From positions 992,001 to 1,056,000 of the forward strand of contig OY782041.1 in NCBI GenBank assembly GCA_963677595.1: DNA of 64,000 nucleotides, given 5' to 3'. The stretch's first letter is position 1; every line of letters begins with the position of its first letter. Under the pieces are notes generated by a model. That model was not told the origin of the DNA. It searched no databases and worked only from the letters and a program-made list of their open reading frames with translations. Below, one piece after another: positions 28,491 to 38,349 of the stretch. A program made the translations under genes and the position numbers. This stretch comes from Spirochaetia bacterium (GTDB taxonomy: Bacteria; Spirochaetota; Spirochaetia; CAKZLE01).

Positions 28491-28690
28491 ATACCTCTCC
28501 AACAAACGGCAACGCCGGAACATCAATCCCACGTTAACCTGCATTTCCCCACTATACAGCAGGAGGGGCTGTATCACCAACCCCTCCTGACAGCTGCCCT
28601 GAGAACGAGCATGTTCGTCTCTTGACTCCTAGACTATTCAATATTACTATATAGTAGTAGTAAGTGTTACAGAATAGTGAGGTAAGGCAA

Positions 28691-29017
28691 TTGGTACATT
28701 TGACAGAGATGCTCAAGGGGGTGCTGGAAGGCTGTGTACTGGAGATCATCAGCCGTAAAGAGACCTACGGCTACGAGATCACGCGACAGCTGAACGCACT
28801 CGGCTTCACCGAAGTGGTTGATGGGACGGTATACACGATCCTGGTTAGGCTTGAGAAGAACAGCCTGGTAAGCGTAACGAAGAGGCCATCCGAGATCGGC
28901 CCTCCCCGCAAGTTCTTCAGGCTCAATGATGCCGGGAGGAAGGAACTGCAGCGTTTCTGGGAGAGATGGGAATACCTCTCCGCAACGATTGAGGGTCTGA
29001 AGGAGTATGAATCATGA
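28691..29017 (+). CDS. PadR family transcriptional regulator
   Basis: TEMLKGVLEGCVL, YGYEI, GTVYTIL.RLE, GPPRK; probable TTG start; palindrome TACTATATAGTA upstream. Confidence 0.92.
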   Translation: MVHLTEMLKGVLEGCVLEIISRKETYGYEITRQLNALGFTEVVDGTVYTILVRLEKNSLVSVTKRPSEIGPPRKFFRLNDAGRKELQRFWERWEYLSATIEGLKEYES

Positions 29018-29382
29018 ATTTCATGGAACGCATAACCGGCAGCGACATGACAGAAGCGTGGAACGGGTTCGAGGCACGGGTCAAGAAGCTTCCCCCTTCC
29101 TATAGGGAAGCCTGGGAAGAGATCAAGACCACCCTCTGGGGAAGTGTCTCTGACACCACGGGCCGCAGGCTGATTCCCATCTTCGGTGGCGTGCTGGAAC
29201 TGCTCGAGGAGTCTGCGGCAGAGGGTCAGGAGATACAGGGGGTGTTCGGGGACGATATCAAAGGATTCTGCACCGCCCTGATCGGTGGTACCGGAGCACA
29301 GACCTATCGTGACAGGTGGCGCAGGCAGCTCAATACTGCTGTAGCGAGAAAACTGGGACGAACACAGGAGTGGGATGAATGA
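29014..29382 (+). CDS. DUF1048 domain protein
   Basis: ARVKKLP..Y, LLEESAAEG, G.DI.GFC, RDRWR.QLN. Confidence 0.82.
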   Translation: MNFMERITGSDMTEAWNGFEARVKKLPPSYREAWEEIKTTLWGSVSDTTGRRLIPIFGGVLELLEESAAEGQEIQGVFGDDIKGFCTALIGGTGAQTYRDRWRRQLNTAVARKLGRTQEWDE

Positions 29383-29708
29383 ACATCAGGGAGATCATGG
29401 AAAGGAAGAGAGCCTGGCAGGCCCACCAGAAACGGGTGAAGACTCTCCCGAAGGATTACCAGATAGTGTATGGGGAGATGCAGAAGTACCTGTTCAAGGT
29501 CGGTCCTGTCGACCAGGAAGAAGGAACAAACCTGCTGACGGGCATCGTTGACCTGTTCGAGGAGGGTGCAGCATCGGGAAAGTCCGTGCTGGAAGTCATA
29601 GGTAATGAACCTGCAGCCTTCTGTGATGACCTCTTAGGAGAAACGAAGACCTATGCAGATCTCTGTCAGGAAACAGTGGAGTCATCAGTCAAACAGGCAT
29701 TGAAGTAG
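29379..29708 (+). CDS. DUF1048 domain protein
   Basis: RVKTLPKDYQIVY.EMQKYLF, DLFEEGAA.GK.VLEV.G...AAFCD. Confidence 0.85.
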   Translation: MNIREIMERKRAWQAHQKRVKTLPKDYQIVYGEMQKYLFKVGPVDQEEGTNLLTGIVDLFEEGAASGKSVLEVIGNEPAAFCDDLLGETKTYADLCQETVESSVKQALK

Positions 29709-29764
29709 GGCACTCGACCCCCGGGTAGACAGCCGAGGGGATTGCTTAGTTCTCATAAGAATGA

Positions 29765-29798
29765 TCAAGGGCATCCCCTGCATGGAGATGCCCTTGAA
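29765..29798. terminator. Hairpin between convergent genes (likely bidirectional terminator)
   Basis: TCAAGGGCATC...GATGCCCTTGA inverted repeat. Confidence 0.65.
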
Positions 29799-29822
29799 TG
29801 GTTCCGTATCTTATGCCATGGT

Positions 29823-30890
29823 CTACTTCAGTTCCTCATCGAAGGCGATAGCCACCTTCCCGCACTTACCTGATGCCATCAGGCTGAACGCCTCCGAGGC
29901 TTCAGAGAGCGGGAACCGGTGGGTGACGAGGTCCTCCGGATGGATCCCCCATCGCACGATCCGCTCCACGAGCTCTTCCATCTTCCAGATGCTCGTGACC
30001 CAGGAACCGTAGATCGTCTTCTGGTCATGGATGATGTCGGGACTCGGCTGGAAGGAGGAGGTACCGCCTTCCCCGATGAAGCAGATCTTCCCCCACTTCC
30101 TGGCAGCCTGGATACAGGTCAGCCGTGCCTTGTCGTTCGCAGAACAGTCTACCGTTCGTTCACAGCCCTTGCCGTCCGTGAGCGCCTTGATCTCTGCCAC
30201 GTTGTCAGGACCAGCCTGCAGCACATGGTCGGCAAGCCCGAGCTTCTTTGCCAGCTCGAGCCGTTCGGGGATCACGTCGATACCGATCGTCATGTTCGCA
30301 CCCATCGCCTTCGAGAGCATCAGGGCAGCAAGCCCTACCGGCCCGAGGCCGGTGACGAGCACGCGGTCGTTGCCGCTGATCCCGATCTTCTCCAGTCCTT
30401 CATAGACCGTACCGAACCCGCAGGCGATCTGCGCACCGTCGGTGTAGGTCAGGGACTCAGGAAGCTCGACGAGGTCCTTCTCCTCTGCCAGGATGTATTC
30501 GGCCATCCCGCCGTCACGCTGCCAGCCGTAGGCCCTTCTCCAGGTCTCGTTCGTGCAGCTGATCATGTAGCCGCGCCTGCAGTCATTGCAGACCCCGCAG
30601 CCTGAAATATGGTAGATCACGACCCGGTCGCCTTCCTTGAAGCGGCGGCATCCCGGACCGACCGAGACGATCTGCCCAGAAGGCTCATGCCCGCAGACCA
30701 CATCCTGGTACCCCTCAGGTCCTTTCCCGAGATGCTCATGGTAGATAGCCCTGATGTCACTCCCGCAGATGGTGGAAGACTTCGTCCTGACGAGAACCTC
30801 CCCGTGCCCGGGGACGGGAACGGGGACTTCCTTGAATACTACCGTGCTGTTTCCGGGGAGGAATGCCCCGGTCATCGTTTTCTCACTCAT
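29823..30890 (-). CDS. Zn-binding dehydrogenase, E. coli YphC-like
   Basis: LPGNSTV, ICGSD, GHEP.G, YHISGCG, AYGWQRDGG, GSWVTS and ASGKCGKV, recalled as matching YphC. Confidence 0.88.
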   Translation of the reverse strand: MSEKTMTGAFLPGNSTVVFKEVPVPVPGHGEVLVRTKSSTICGSDIRAIYHEHLGKGPEGYQDVVCGHEPSGQIVSVGPGCRRFKEGDRVVIYHISGCGVCNDCRRGYMISCTNETWRRAYGWQRDGGMAEYILAEEKDLVELPESLTYTDGAQIACGFGTVYEGLEKIGISGNDRVLVTGLGPVGLAALMLSKAMGANMTIGIDVIPERLELAKKLGLADHVLQAGPDNVAEIKALTDGKGCERTVDCSANDKARLTCIQAARKWGKICFIGEGGTSSFQPSPDIIHDQKTIYGSWVTSIWKMEELVERIVRWGIHPEDLVTHRFPLSEASEAFSLMASGKCGKVAIAFDEELK

Positions 30891-31837
30891 GATTCACTCC
30901 TTTTGTAACCTTTTTCTAACATCTCCACCTTCGGAAGAATATGTTCTCTGATATCGTTCTCTTCATTCCCTTCGAAATTACCATAGAGACCCCAGCGTTC
31001 CCGGTGGCTGATCGCCGCCCCCGGCCCCACGTTCACCAGCGGGCTCAAGGTCTCCATCTCGAGGAAGCCCGGCATGGTGAAGAACTCGGCGTTGCACCCC
31101 ATATCAGGATAGAGGGCATCCTCATCGTGGTCATGCAGCTTGATGAAGAGCCCATCATGCAGACGGTAGGCTGCCCAGCCGGGACGGGAGCGCAGACCGA
31201 TCTTCTGCTTTGACTCATAGCGGGAATCCTCCCGCAGCCTGATGTAGCGGTCGCCCCAGGTAAAACGGGGATCGTTCATCCGGGTGAAGTGCCAGAGTAC
31301 GAGCGGACGGGCTGGGTAGAGTGCCTCGGGATGTCCGATGAACTCCTCCTGGGGTATGATCGCCTCTCCCCCGGGGGCCATGACCGAGAGGGCCCAGACA
31401 GCATACTCCGCTGACCAGGCACCGGTATTGTAGATCCGGTGGGTCAGGTCGACCGTGGTCGAACCTGCCTCGAGCGTGATGTCTATCTCCTTACGAAGCA
31501 GATTCTGCTTCTCTTCGGCACAGGAGAGCCGCAGCGTCGTCCCATCCCAGGAATACTCGACCGGGTAATAGTCAGGGTAGTAGGTCCGGGGCTCCACCTC
31601 AGGGGCATGCCAGAGACGGTGGCCGCCGTAGCTCTGCCATTCGTCATGAGGCCTTTCTTTGATCTGATCCTCGAAGATGCGGAAGAGGTTCTCTCCTCCC
31701 GGTTTCCCGAAGAAGAGCACCCTCGGCCCGAACTCGACCGTGATGATCAGCTCGACCTTCCCGTTCGAGAGGGAGAGGCATCCGTCCACTCCTGCATAGG
31801 AGACATGTTTCATCTGTACCATAGATATTTTCTTCAT
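30887..31837 (-). CDS. Conserved protein, galactose-mutarotase-like fold (DUF4380-like)
   Basis: L.NG.VEL.IT..FGPR, YGGHRLWHAPE, YPD.GC..E, E.ETLSP; start uncertain. Confidence 0.65.
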   Translation of the reverse strand: MKKISMVQMKHVSYAGVDGCLSLSNGKVELIITVEFGPRVLFFGKPGGENLFRIFEDQIKERPHDEWQSYGGHRLWHAPEVEPRTYYPDYYPVEYSWDGTTLRLSCAEEKQNLLRKEIDITLEAGSTTVDLTHRIYNTGAWSAEYAVWALSVMAPGGEAIIPQEEFIGHPEALYPARPLVLWHFTRMNDPRFTWGDRYIRLREDSRYESKQKIGLRSRPGWAAYRLHDGLFIKLHDHDEDALYPDMGCNAEFFTMPGFLEMETLSPLVNVGPGAAISHRERWGLYGNFEGNEENDIREHILPKVEMLEKGYKRSES

Positions 31838-31939
31838 CGTATACGTATGGTAACCGCTGCAGAAGCAGAAAGGAATAGCTAAAGCTGTCCTCTGCATGGA
31901 TATTCTTGATTTTTCTCCCAACTGCAGTACAATAAAGGG

Positions 31940-32836
31940 ATGAAAAACCAGGATGCACCCTATTTCTCAGACCAGGTGATCAGGGCGAACCGGTTCTACC
32001 GGAAACTGCCTGAGGAGAAGAACTACTGGGACTCGACCGAACTCGACCGGCTCCACGTAGTCGCGGCCGGCTTCGAGCGGTGCCGCAGCGGGTACGCCAT
32101 CCACCGGAAGGACTTCCCCTACTTCTCAGTCGAGTTCGTCGCTGACGGTACCGGGCAGCTGAAGCTGCAGGGGACCGAGTGTGAACTCTCTCGCGGCACC
32201 ATCTTCGTCTACGGCCCCCAGCTCCCCCACGCCATATCCAGTACCGATGAGAAGGGCCTGGCCAAGTACTTCCTGAACATCTCCGGTCCTGATGCAGCAG
32301 GGCTCCTGCAGTCTGCAGGCCTCCCCCCGGGAACGGTCACGCAGGTAGCGGCCCCCGGGGAGCTGCAACCGCTCTTCAACGAGCTGATCCGCAACGGGCA
32401 GAAGCACAGCAGCTTCAGCGGCAGGATATGTGTATCATTGACCGAACTGATCCTCATGAAGATCGAAGAGAACGCGCTGCCGTTCCCGGGAAGGAACAGC
32501 AGGGGGTACCGGACCTTCAGCCGCTGCCGGAGCATCATCGAGCAGGATTTCATCACCTTCGGGAGTCTGGAAGAGGCAGCAGTCGCCTGTAATGTAGGGA
32601 CTGCGTACCTGTGCAGGCTGTTCAAGCAGTTCGCGCACCAGAGCCCCTACCAGTACCTGGTACGCCTCAAGCTGAACCGGGCGGCAGAGATCCTCCATGA
32701 CCCATCGGTGATGGTGAAAGAAGCAGCCTGGGCGGTGGGCTTCACCGATCCCTTCCACTTCAGCAGGGTCTTCACCCGGTTCTTCGGGATCTCACCGGCA
32801 AAGTACAAAGCCACCTACGGGAAGGAATCAGATTGA
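31940..32836 (+). CDS. AraC family transcriptional regulator
   Basis: N-terminal cupin; YLCRLFK...SPYQYL and GF.DPFHFSRVF....G.SP HTH. Confidence 0.93.
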   Translation: MKNQDAPYFSDQVIRANRFYRKLPEEKNYWDSTELDRLHVVAAGFERCRSGYAIHRKDFPYFSVEFVADGTGQLKLQGTECELSRGTIFVYGPQLPHAISSTDEKGLAKYFLNISGPDAAGLLQSAGLPPGTVTQVAAPGELQPLFNELIRNGQKHSSFSGRICVSLTELILMKIEENALPFPGRNSRGYRTFSRCRSIIEQDFITFGSLEEAAVACNVGTAYLCRLFKQFAHQSPYQYLVRLKLNRAAEILHDPSVMVKEAAWAVGFTDPFHFSRVFTRFFGISPAKYKATYGKESD

Positions 32837-32919
32837 GACCTGTTGCATCCCTGTCGGTATTCTTACTATAGTAAGGAAGAATCCCGGTCACGGGAAACGA
32901 GATCGGGAGCAGGAAGCCA

Positions 32920-34827
32920 ATGATCTATCTGAGAAACACAAAGAGCCAGCGGTTCATCACCTACATCGGGATTGCACTGGCTATCCACATCCTGGTCCTC
33001 TCCGGCATGAATGTGTTCAACAGGCGCGACCATGCCGATGCCCTCATGAAGCCTTCAGTCATCAACCTTGATACGATCGTCAGTCCCAGGGACCAGGCAG
33101 AACCTGCCGTCAGGGCAGTCGACCCGACCCGGTATACCTCGACACAGGCGTTACGGGACCATGTGCTGATGGTGCTCCCTGATCTTGGCGAGGATACCAG
33201 CTCCCTGATCCGTATCGTCTCTTCCACTGGGGAACCGTTCTCCATCATCATCGAAGATACCCACGCCCTCTTCACCCTGACGGCCGGGGGGAGCCTGGTC
33301 GGGCAGAACATCTCACCTGAGGTATCCGGCTATTCCCCCAACCGGGCATACACGCTCTACGAGTTCTCGCATGCTGAGTATGTGCAGGGCCCTGGTGTAT
33401 ATACGCTCGATATCACGATATCGGCAAGCTACCGTACCAGCGGGATGCAGGAGAACGCATACTTCCTGATCGGCAGCACCGATGCCGCCAACCGCTATAT
33501 CCAGCGAAGGCTCATGACCGCCTCGATGATCTTCGGTGGGTTCGTGCTCCTCCTCATCGCAAGCGTCATCCTGCTCATCCGCTTCCGTGCAGGCTATATC
33601 CTCGCCACGACATGCATGAGCCTGGTCATGGCCCTGCGCTTCATCCTACTCGGGGAATACCCCGTCTTCGGTTCCTTCCAGCTCTACTCCCATGAGATCA
33701 TGTTCCTTGCGGACTATTTCCTTGCCGTCCTGATCTTCCTGCTCAGCCAGCTGCTGGCTATATCACTGTTCCGGATCACGCTATCGAGGGCGCTGGTCGC
33801 CCTCTACAGCATCCTGTTCGTGGGACTGGAGATGTTCGGCATCATCAAGGGGTATATGCCCATCATATCCCTCATGCATATCGTGGGGATCGGGGTCACG
33901 ATCCATGCCGCGTCATCCGACCGTAGTGATTACAGCGGGTACAGTCTCTTCACGATCTTGACCTACAGCCTCTTCTCTGCAAGCATCACCCACCAGGTCC
34001 TCCTCTACCAGGGACTCTCAGTCCGTGGGGCATCCATCGCGATGATGTTCACCAACCAGTTCAGCGCCCTGCTCTATATCGGGAGTATCCTCTATGCAGT
34101 CATCATGAGCAGTACGCAGCGACTGCGGGAACTGGAACAGAAGCAGCAGGCCTTCGAGCGCAGCATCCTGCTCAGGGGCATCAGCCACGACCTCAAGCTC
34201 CCGATCTCGGTGATCAAGCTCAGGACCCAGATGAGAAGCAGGTACCACCTGACCGATGAGGAGAGCCGGGACTATGACGAGGTGATCCTGCAGGCTACCG
34301 GGGAGCTTGAGGAGATGGCAGAGGATATCAACGCATACATGCATGCGGTCTCCGAGACCGATGAGGAGGGGACCTGCCAGGTGCGGGAACAGCTCGGCTA
34401 TATCGCAGCCCGTTACGCCAATTTCGGCGATGAACGCGGGATCAGCTTCCACACTGAGCTCGATACGGCGGAGTGCCTGATCGCGACCAGCCCATTGAAG
34501 TTCGAGCGGATGCTGTGTAACCTCATAGACAATGCGTTCACCTACAGTGAGCCTGGCGGGACCGTGAAGCTGCGCTACTCATGTGGGAAGCAGGTGCTGA
34601 TCTCTGTAGAGGATGAAGGCATAGGGATGGATGAACGTGTCCTTGAGCTGATCATGAAGCCCTTCTACCGGCTCGATGCCAGCAGGAACTCCCATGGCTC
34701 TGGACTCGGCCTGACTGTCGTCAAGGCCGTGGCGGAGAGCCTGAACGCCGAGCTCAGCTTCGCAAGCACCCCGGGCAAAGGGACCCGGGTGACGATCACC
34801 ATTCCCGGCAAGCGGGGATCTTTTTAA
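32920..34827 (+). CDS. Multi-TM (7TM-DISM-like) sensor histidine kinase with no adjacent response regulator
   Basis: SHDLKLP H-box, NLIDNA, DEGIG, PFYR, GSGLGL; several TM helices. Confidence 0.9.
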   Translation: MIYLRNTKSQRFITYIGIALAIHILVLSGMNVFNRRDHADALMKPSVINLDTIVSPRDQAEPAVRAVDPTRYTSTQALRDHVLMVLPDLGEDTSSLIRIVSSTGEPFSIIIEDTHALFTLTAGGSLVGQNISPEVSGYSPNRAYTLYEFSHAEYVQGPGVYTLDITISASYRTSGMQENAYFLIGSTDAANRYIQRRLMTASMIFGGFVLLLIASVILLIRFRAGYILATTCMSLVMALRFILLGEYPVFGSFQLYSHEIMFLADYFLAVLIFLLSQLLAISLFRITLSRALVALYSILFVGLEMFGIIKGYMPIISLMHIVGIGVTIHAASSDRSDYSGYSLFTILTYSLFSASITHQVLLYQGLSVRGASIAMMFTNQFSALLYIGSILYAVIMSSTQRLRELEQKQQAFERSILLRGISHDLKLPISVIKLRTQMRSRYHLTDEESRDYDEVILQATGELEEMAEDINAYMHAVSETDEEGTCQVREQLGYIAARYANFGDERGISFHTELDTAECLIATSPLKFERMLCNLIDNAFTYSEPGGTVKLRYSCGKQVLISVEDEGIGMDERVLELIMKPFYRLDASRNSHGSGLGLTVVKAVAESLNAELSFASTPGKGTRVTITIPGKRGSF

Positions 34828-34829
34828 GA

Positions 34830-35894
34830 TCAGGTGTTCCTGATCTCCAACTCCGTTGCTACCACGACATCATCAGCCGTCCCGCCCTCGGCAAGGCGGA
34901 AGATCTCTTCTACCGCGCTGATCCCGATCCTGACCAGGTTCTGGGATACCGTGGTGAGGGGGAAATAGCTGGTGGTACGGTCGGTCATGTCACCATAGCC
35001 GATGACTGAGACATCTTTCCCGACCAGGAGCCTGAGCTCCGTCAGCGCCCCGATCACCCCGATCGCCTCATAGTCATTGGCACAGACGACTGTATCAGCC
35101 CGGTTGTCGCGGAAGAACTCAAGCGTGACGTCATGGCCCGTGATCGCGTCAAAGTCGCTGTCCCTGAAGTAGATGTCCCGATTCATGATCAGGCCGTACT
35201 CGTCGGCAGCCTTGTGGATCCCCTGGATCTTCTGGGAAGCGTTATACTGGTAGTCCCTGCCCTTGAGGATGAGGAAACTCCTGCTCCCCTTCTCCCTCAC
35301 GAGGTACCGCATAGCCGCCTGCATCGAGGCATCATAGTCGTTGATGATCGAGGAGGCTCCCTGCAGCTTCCACTCGATCGTTACGAAGGGGATGATCTTC
35401 GCTGCCTCCACACACTTCTGCTTGACCTCGCCGAAGGCCTCCTCGATGAAGATGACCGCGGCATTCTGATCCATGACATCGGAGAGGAGCTTGACGGTAT
35501 CCTCGTTCCATAACAGTTTATCGGTGTCGAGGCTGTGGACGATGACCTCCCAGCCCTTGGGGTAGGCTGTCGAGAAGACCCCCTGCAGGATCTTTGTGAA
35601 GAACGAGAGAGATGATGAGGGCAGGAAGACATGGATCTGCTTGTTTACCCGGTCAGCGAGCGGTTTCACGAAGTTCCCGAGTCCCCGCCTGGAATAGATA
35701 TAGTGTTCGTTACGCAGCTCGGTATAGACCCTTTGTGCAGTCGTTAGGGCTACATTCGCGAGCCGTGCGATATCCCGTACCGAGGGGAGCGCATCGTCAG
35801 GCTGGTATTCGCCCAGCACGATCGCTGTCTTGATCTGGTTCTTGATCTGCTGGAACGGGGGTATTGTGCTGTTCTTGTCGACCTGTAGATTCAC
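34830..35894 (-). CDS. GntR wHTH fused to LacI-type sugar-binding domain (AraR-like)
   Basis: LPSVR, RRGLGNFV; CAND..AIG, VGKDVSVIGY, LTTV; probable GTG start at 35894. Confidence 0.88.
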   Translation of the reverse strand: MNLQVDKNSTIPPFQQIKNQIKTAIVLGEYQPDDALPSVRDIARLANVALTTAQRVYTELRNEHYIYSRRGLGNFVKPLADRVNKQIHVFLPSSSLSFFTKILQGVFSTAYPKGWEVIVHSLDTDKLLWNEDTVKLLSDVMDQNAAVIFIEEAFGEVKQKCVEAAKIIPFVTIEWKLQGASSIINDYDASMQAAMRYLVREKGSRSFLILKGRDYQYNASQKIQGIHKAADEYGLIMNRDIYFRDSDFDAITGHDVTLEFFRDNRADTVVCANDYEAIGVIGALTELRLLVGKDVSVIGYGDMTDRTTSYFPLTTVSQNLVRIGISAVEEIFRLAEGGTADDVVVATELEIRNT

Positions 35895-36047
35895 GCAGTG
35901 CACCTTCCTTCTGGAGTCTCTCCCTATAGTAGTGGGATATGGGCTGACAGTCAATCACAAACTGTCCTAGGACAGGTATAACAGTTCGTGCCAGTCCTGG
36001 AAATCTATCATCTTTCATCTTTACTTATCATGCAATTTGTGTTACAG

Positions 36048-36059
36048 TGTACTAGTACA
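36048..36059. promoter_or_regulatory. Probable GntR/AraR-type operator
   Basis: Perfect palindrome TGTACTAGTACA between the divergent gntR-like and AKR genes. Confidence 0.55.
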
Positions 36060-36084
36060 GCTTTACGAATAGAAGGAGTCCACT

Positions 36085-37113
36085 ATGTCAGGAACATTCA
36101 ACATAGCCAGTGACGGGATCGACCCAAATACCGTACCGAAACGGGTACTCTATACAGGAGACAGGATCCCCGCAGTCGGTCTCGGGACCTTCGGTTCCGA
36201 CCGGTTCAGCGCAGAAGAGATAGCAGCGGCAGTCATCGGGGCGGCCGAAGTCGGGTACCGGCACTTCGACTGTGCCTCAGTCTACGGGAACGAGAAAGAG
36301 GTCGGGAAGTCACTGAAAGTCATCATCGACGGCGGCATCAAGCGAGAGGAGCTTTGGGTCACCTCTAAGGTATGGAACGACATGCACCATGATGTCATCG
36401 GGTCCTGCAAGCAGTCCCTCGAGGACCTCGGACTCGACTACCTTGACCTCTACCTCGTCCACTGGCCGTTCCCCAACTACCATCCGCCAGGATGTGATGT
36501 GGATTCCCGCTCCCCAGATGCCAGACCCTATATCCATGAGGAGTTCATGAAGACCTGGGGACAGATGGAGCAGCTCGTGGAGATGGGCCTGGTGCGCAAC
36601 ATCGGGACCTCGAACACGACCATACCGAAGATGAAGCTCATCCTGCGGGACGCGAAGATCAAGCCGGCTGTCAACGAGATGGAACTCCATCCCCACTTCC
36701 AGCAGCAGGAGTTCTTCGACTACCTCATAGCCAATGATGTCCACCCGATCGGGTACACTCCCATCGGGTCACCGAACCGGCCTGACCGGGACAAGACGGA
36801 GACCGACACGGTCGACCTCGAGGATCCTGTGATCGTCGAGATCGCCAAGGCCCATGGCGTACACCCTGCGATCATCTGCATCAAGTGGGCTATACAGCGC
36901 GGGCAGACCCCCATCCCCTTCTCCATACACCGCAGGAACTACCTGAGCAACCTCAAGAGCTCGGTTGAGGACCCGCTCACGGAAGAAGAGATGGCAGCGA
37001 TCGCCGGGATCGACAAGGGATGCCGGTTGATCAAGGGACAGGTCTTCCTCTGGAAGGAAGACCAGGACTGGACAGCACTCTGGGATACCGATGGAGAGAT
37101 AACGCCTCCCTGA
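36085..37113 (+). CDS. Aldo/keto reductase (aldose reductase-like)
   Basis: GLGTF, HFDCASVYGNE, TSKVW, LVHWP, IGTSN, NEMELHP. Confidence 0.93.
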   Translation: MSGTFNIASDGIDPNTVPKRVLYTGDRIPAVGLGTFGSDRFSAEEIAAAVIGAAEVGYRHFDCASVYGNEKEVGKSLKVIIDGGIKREELWVTSKVWNDMHHDVIGSCKQSLEDLGLDYLDLYLVHWPFPNYHPPGCDVDSRSPDARPYIHEEFMKTWGQMEQLVEMGLVRNIGTSNTTIPKMKLILRDAKIKPAVNEMELHPHFQQQEFFDYLIANDVHPIGYTPIGSPNRPDRDKTETDTVDLEDPVIVEIAKAHGVHPAIICIKWAIQRGQTPIPFSIHRRNYLSNLKSSVEDPLTEEEMAAIAGIDKGCRLIKGQVFLWKEDQDWTALWDTDGEITPP

Positions 37114-37144
37114 CCTCCATCATACTTGTTTTATTCTCCTTTTG

Positions 37145-37180
37145 TCCCGATGGCTTCGTTGAAGTCATCGGGATCTTTGT
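37145..37180 (+). terminator. Intrinsic terminator after the AKR gene
   Basis: TCCCGATGGCTTC-GTT-GAAGTCATCGGGA followed by TCTTTGT. Confidence 0.65.
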
Positions 37181-37202
37181 CTGGTATTCTCTCCCATAGC
37201 AT

Positions 37203-37238
37203 TTGATAATCTCCCATGACATGGTATAATATGGGAGA
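37203..37238 (+). promoter_or_regulatory. fic promoter overlapped by a TCTCCCA-N15-TGGGAGA palindrome
   Basis: TTGATA-N16-TATAAT; arms at 37210-37216 and 37232-37238. Confidence 0.65.
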
Positions 37239-37260
37239 AAAGGAATGTGGTGGGTGAAAG

Positions 37261-38316
37261 ATGCATACATTCGATTACATGAAACTGAAAGAAAGCACAT
37301 GGGATGGCGAGATCCTGTCTTTCGTGGCTCAGATACACGAATGTAAAGGGAAACAGGCACTCTACATTCGGCAGAAAACGATTGAACTGGAACGCCTGAT
37401 CGAGGTGGCTAAAATCCAAAGCACTGAGAGCTCTAACAGGATCGAGGGTATCCACACCTCGAGTACAAGGATACGGCAACTGGTCAAAGAGAAAACTACA
37501 CCACGGGATCGGGACGAACAGGAGATCGCCGGATACCGGGATGTCCTGAATACGATTCATGGGAGCTATGAACATATACCTCTTACATCTGCGATAATCC
37601 TGCAGCTCCATAGAGATCTCTTGGCTTATACGAACATATCATTTGGTGGTCAGTTCAAGAATACCCAGAACCATATCAGCGAGACCTATGCTGACGGGAC
37701 AGTCGTCACCAGGTTCACCCCGCTTGCTCCATTTGAGACTCCACAAGCTGTGGAAGCACTATGCTCCAGCTATCGAGAAGCATTCAATACACGGGTGATT
37801 GACCCGCTCATCCTGATTCCCATCGTTATCTGTGACTTCTTGTGTATACATCCATTCAACGATGGGAATGGACGTATGAGTAGACTCTTGACTTCATTGC
37901 TGCTGTACCAGAGCGGATACCTCCCAGGCAGGTATATAAGTATTGAGAAGAAGATCGAGAAGACGAAGGAAGCCTACTATGATGTACTCGGACAGGCCTC
38001 TGACAAGTGGCATCAAGGGGGAAATGATTATACACCGCTTATCAAATACTTTTTAGGGATCGTCCTTAATTGCTATAACGACCTTGAGAAACGGATTGAC
38101 TCTATTGACTATAGCAGGACTCCCTATGATATCGTAAAAAAGACTGTGAGTGAGCGTCTGGGCATATTCACGAAGATGGAGATCCTAAATCTGTGTCCGA
38201 GTATTAAAAGCTCATCTGTTGAGGCAGCTTTGAAGAGACTCAAGGAAGAGGGATATATCCTCATGCAGGGAGCCGGCAGGAGTACCTCATATGTTCGGAA
38301 TCCCGAATCCATATAA
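37261..38316 (+). CDS. Fic family protein (class II-like) with C-terminal wHTH
   Basis: HPFNDGNGRMSR; SSNRIEG inhibitory-type motif; SSVEAALKRL..EG...G.GRST.Y. Confidence 0.93.
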   Translation: MHTFDYMKLKESTWDGEILSFVAQIHECKGKQALYIRQKTIELERLIEVAKIQSTESSNRIEGIHTSSTRIRQLVKEKTTPRDRDEQEIAGYRDVLNTIHGSYEHIPLTSAIILQLHRDLLAYTNISFGGQFKNTQNHISETYADGTVVTRFTPLAPFETPQAVEALCSSYREAFNTRVIDPLILIPIVICDFLCIHPFNDGNGRMSRLLTSLLLYQSGYLPGRYISIEKKIEKTKEAYYDVLGQASDKWHQGGNDYTPLIKYFLGIVLNCYNDLEKRIDSIDYSRTPYDIVKKTVSERLGIFTKMEILNLCPSIKSSSVEAALKRLKEEGYILMQGAGRSTSYVRNPESI

Positions 38317-38349
38317 TCTCCCAGACATACTCACCGTATGGGAGATTAT
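38313..38349. repeat. Second copy of the fic palindrome, starting at the stop codon
   Basis: ATAATCTCCCA-N15-TGGGAGATTAT. Confidence 0.75.
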
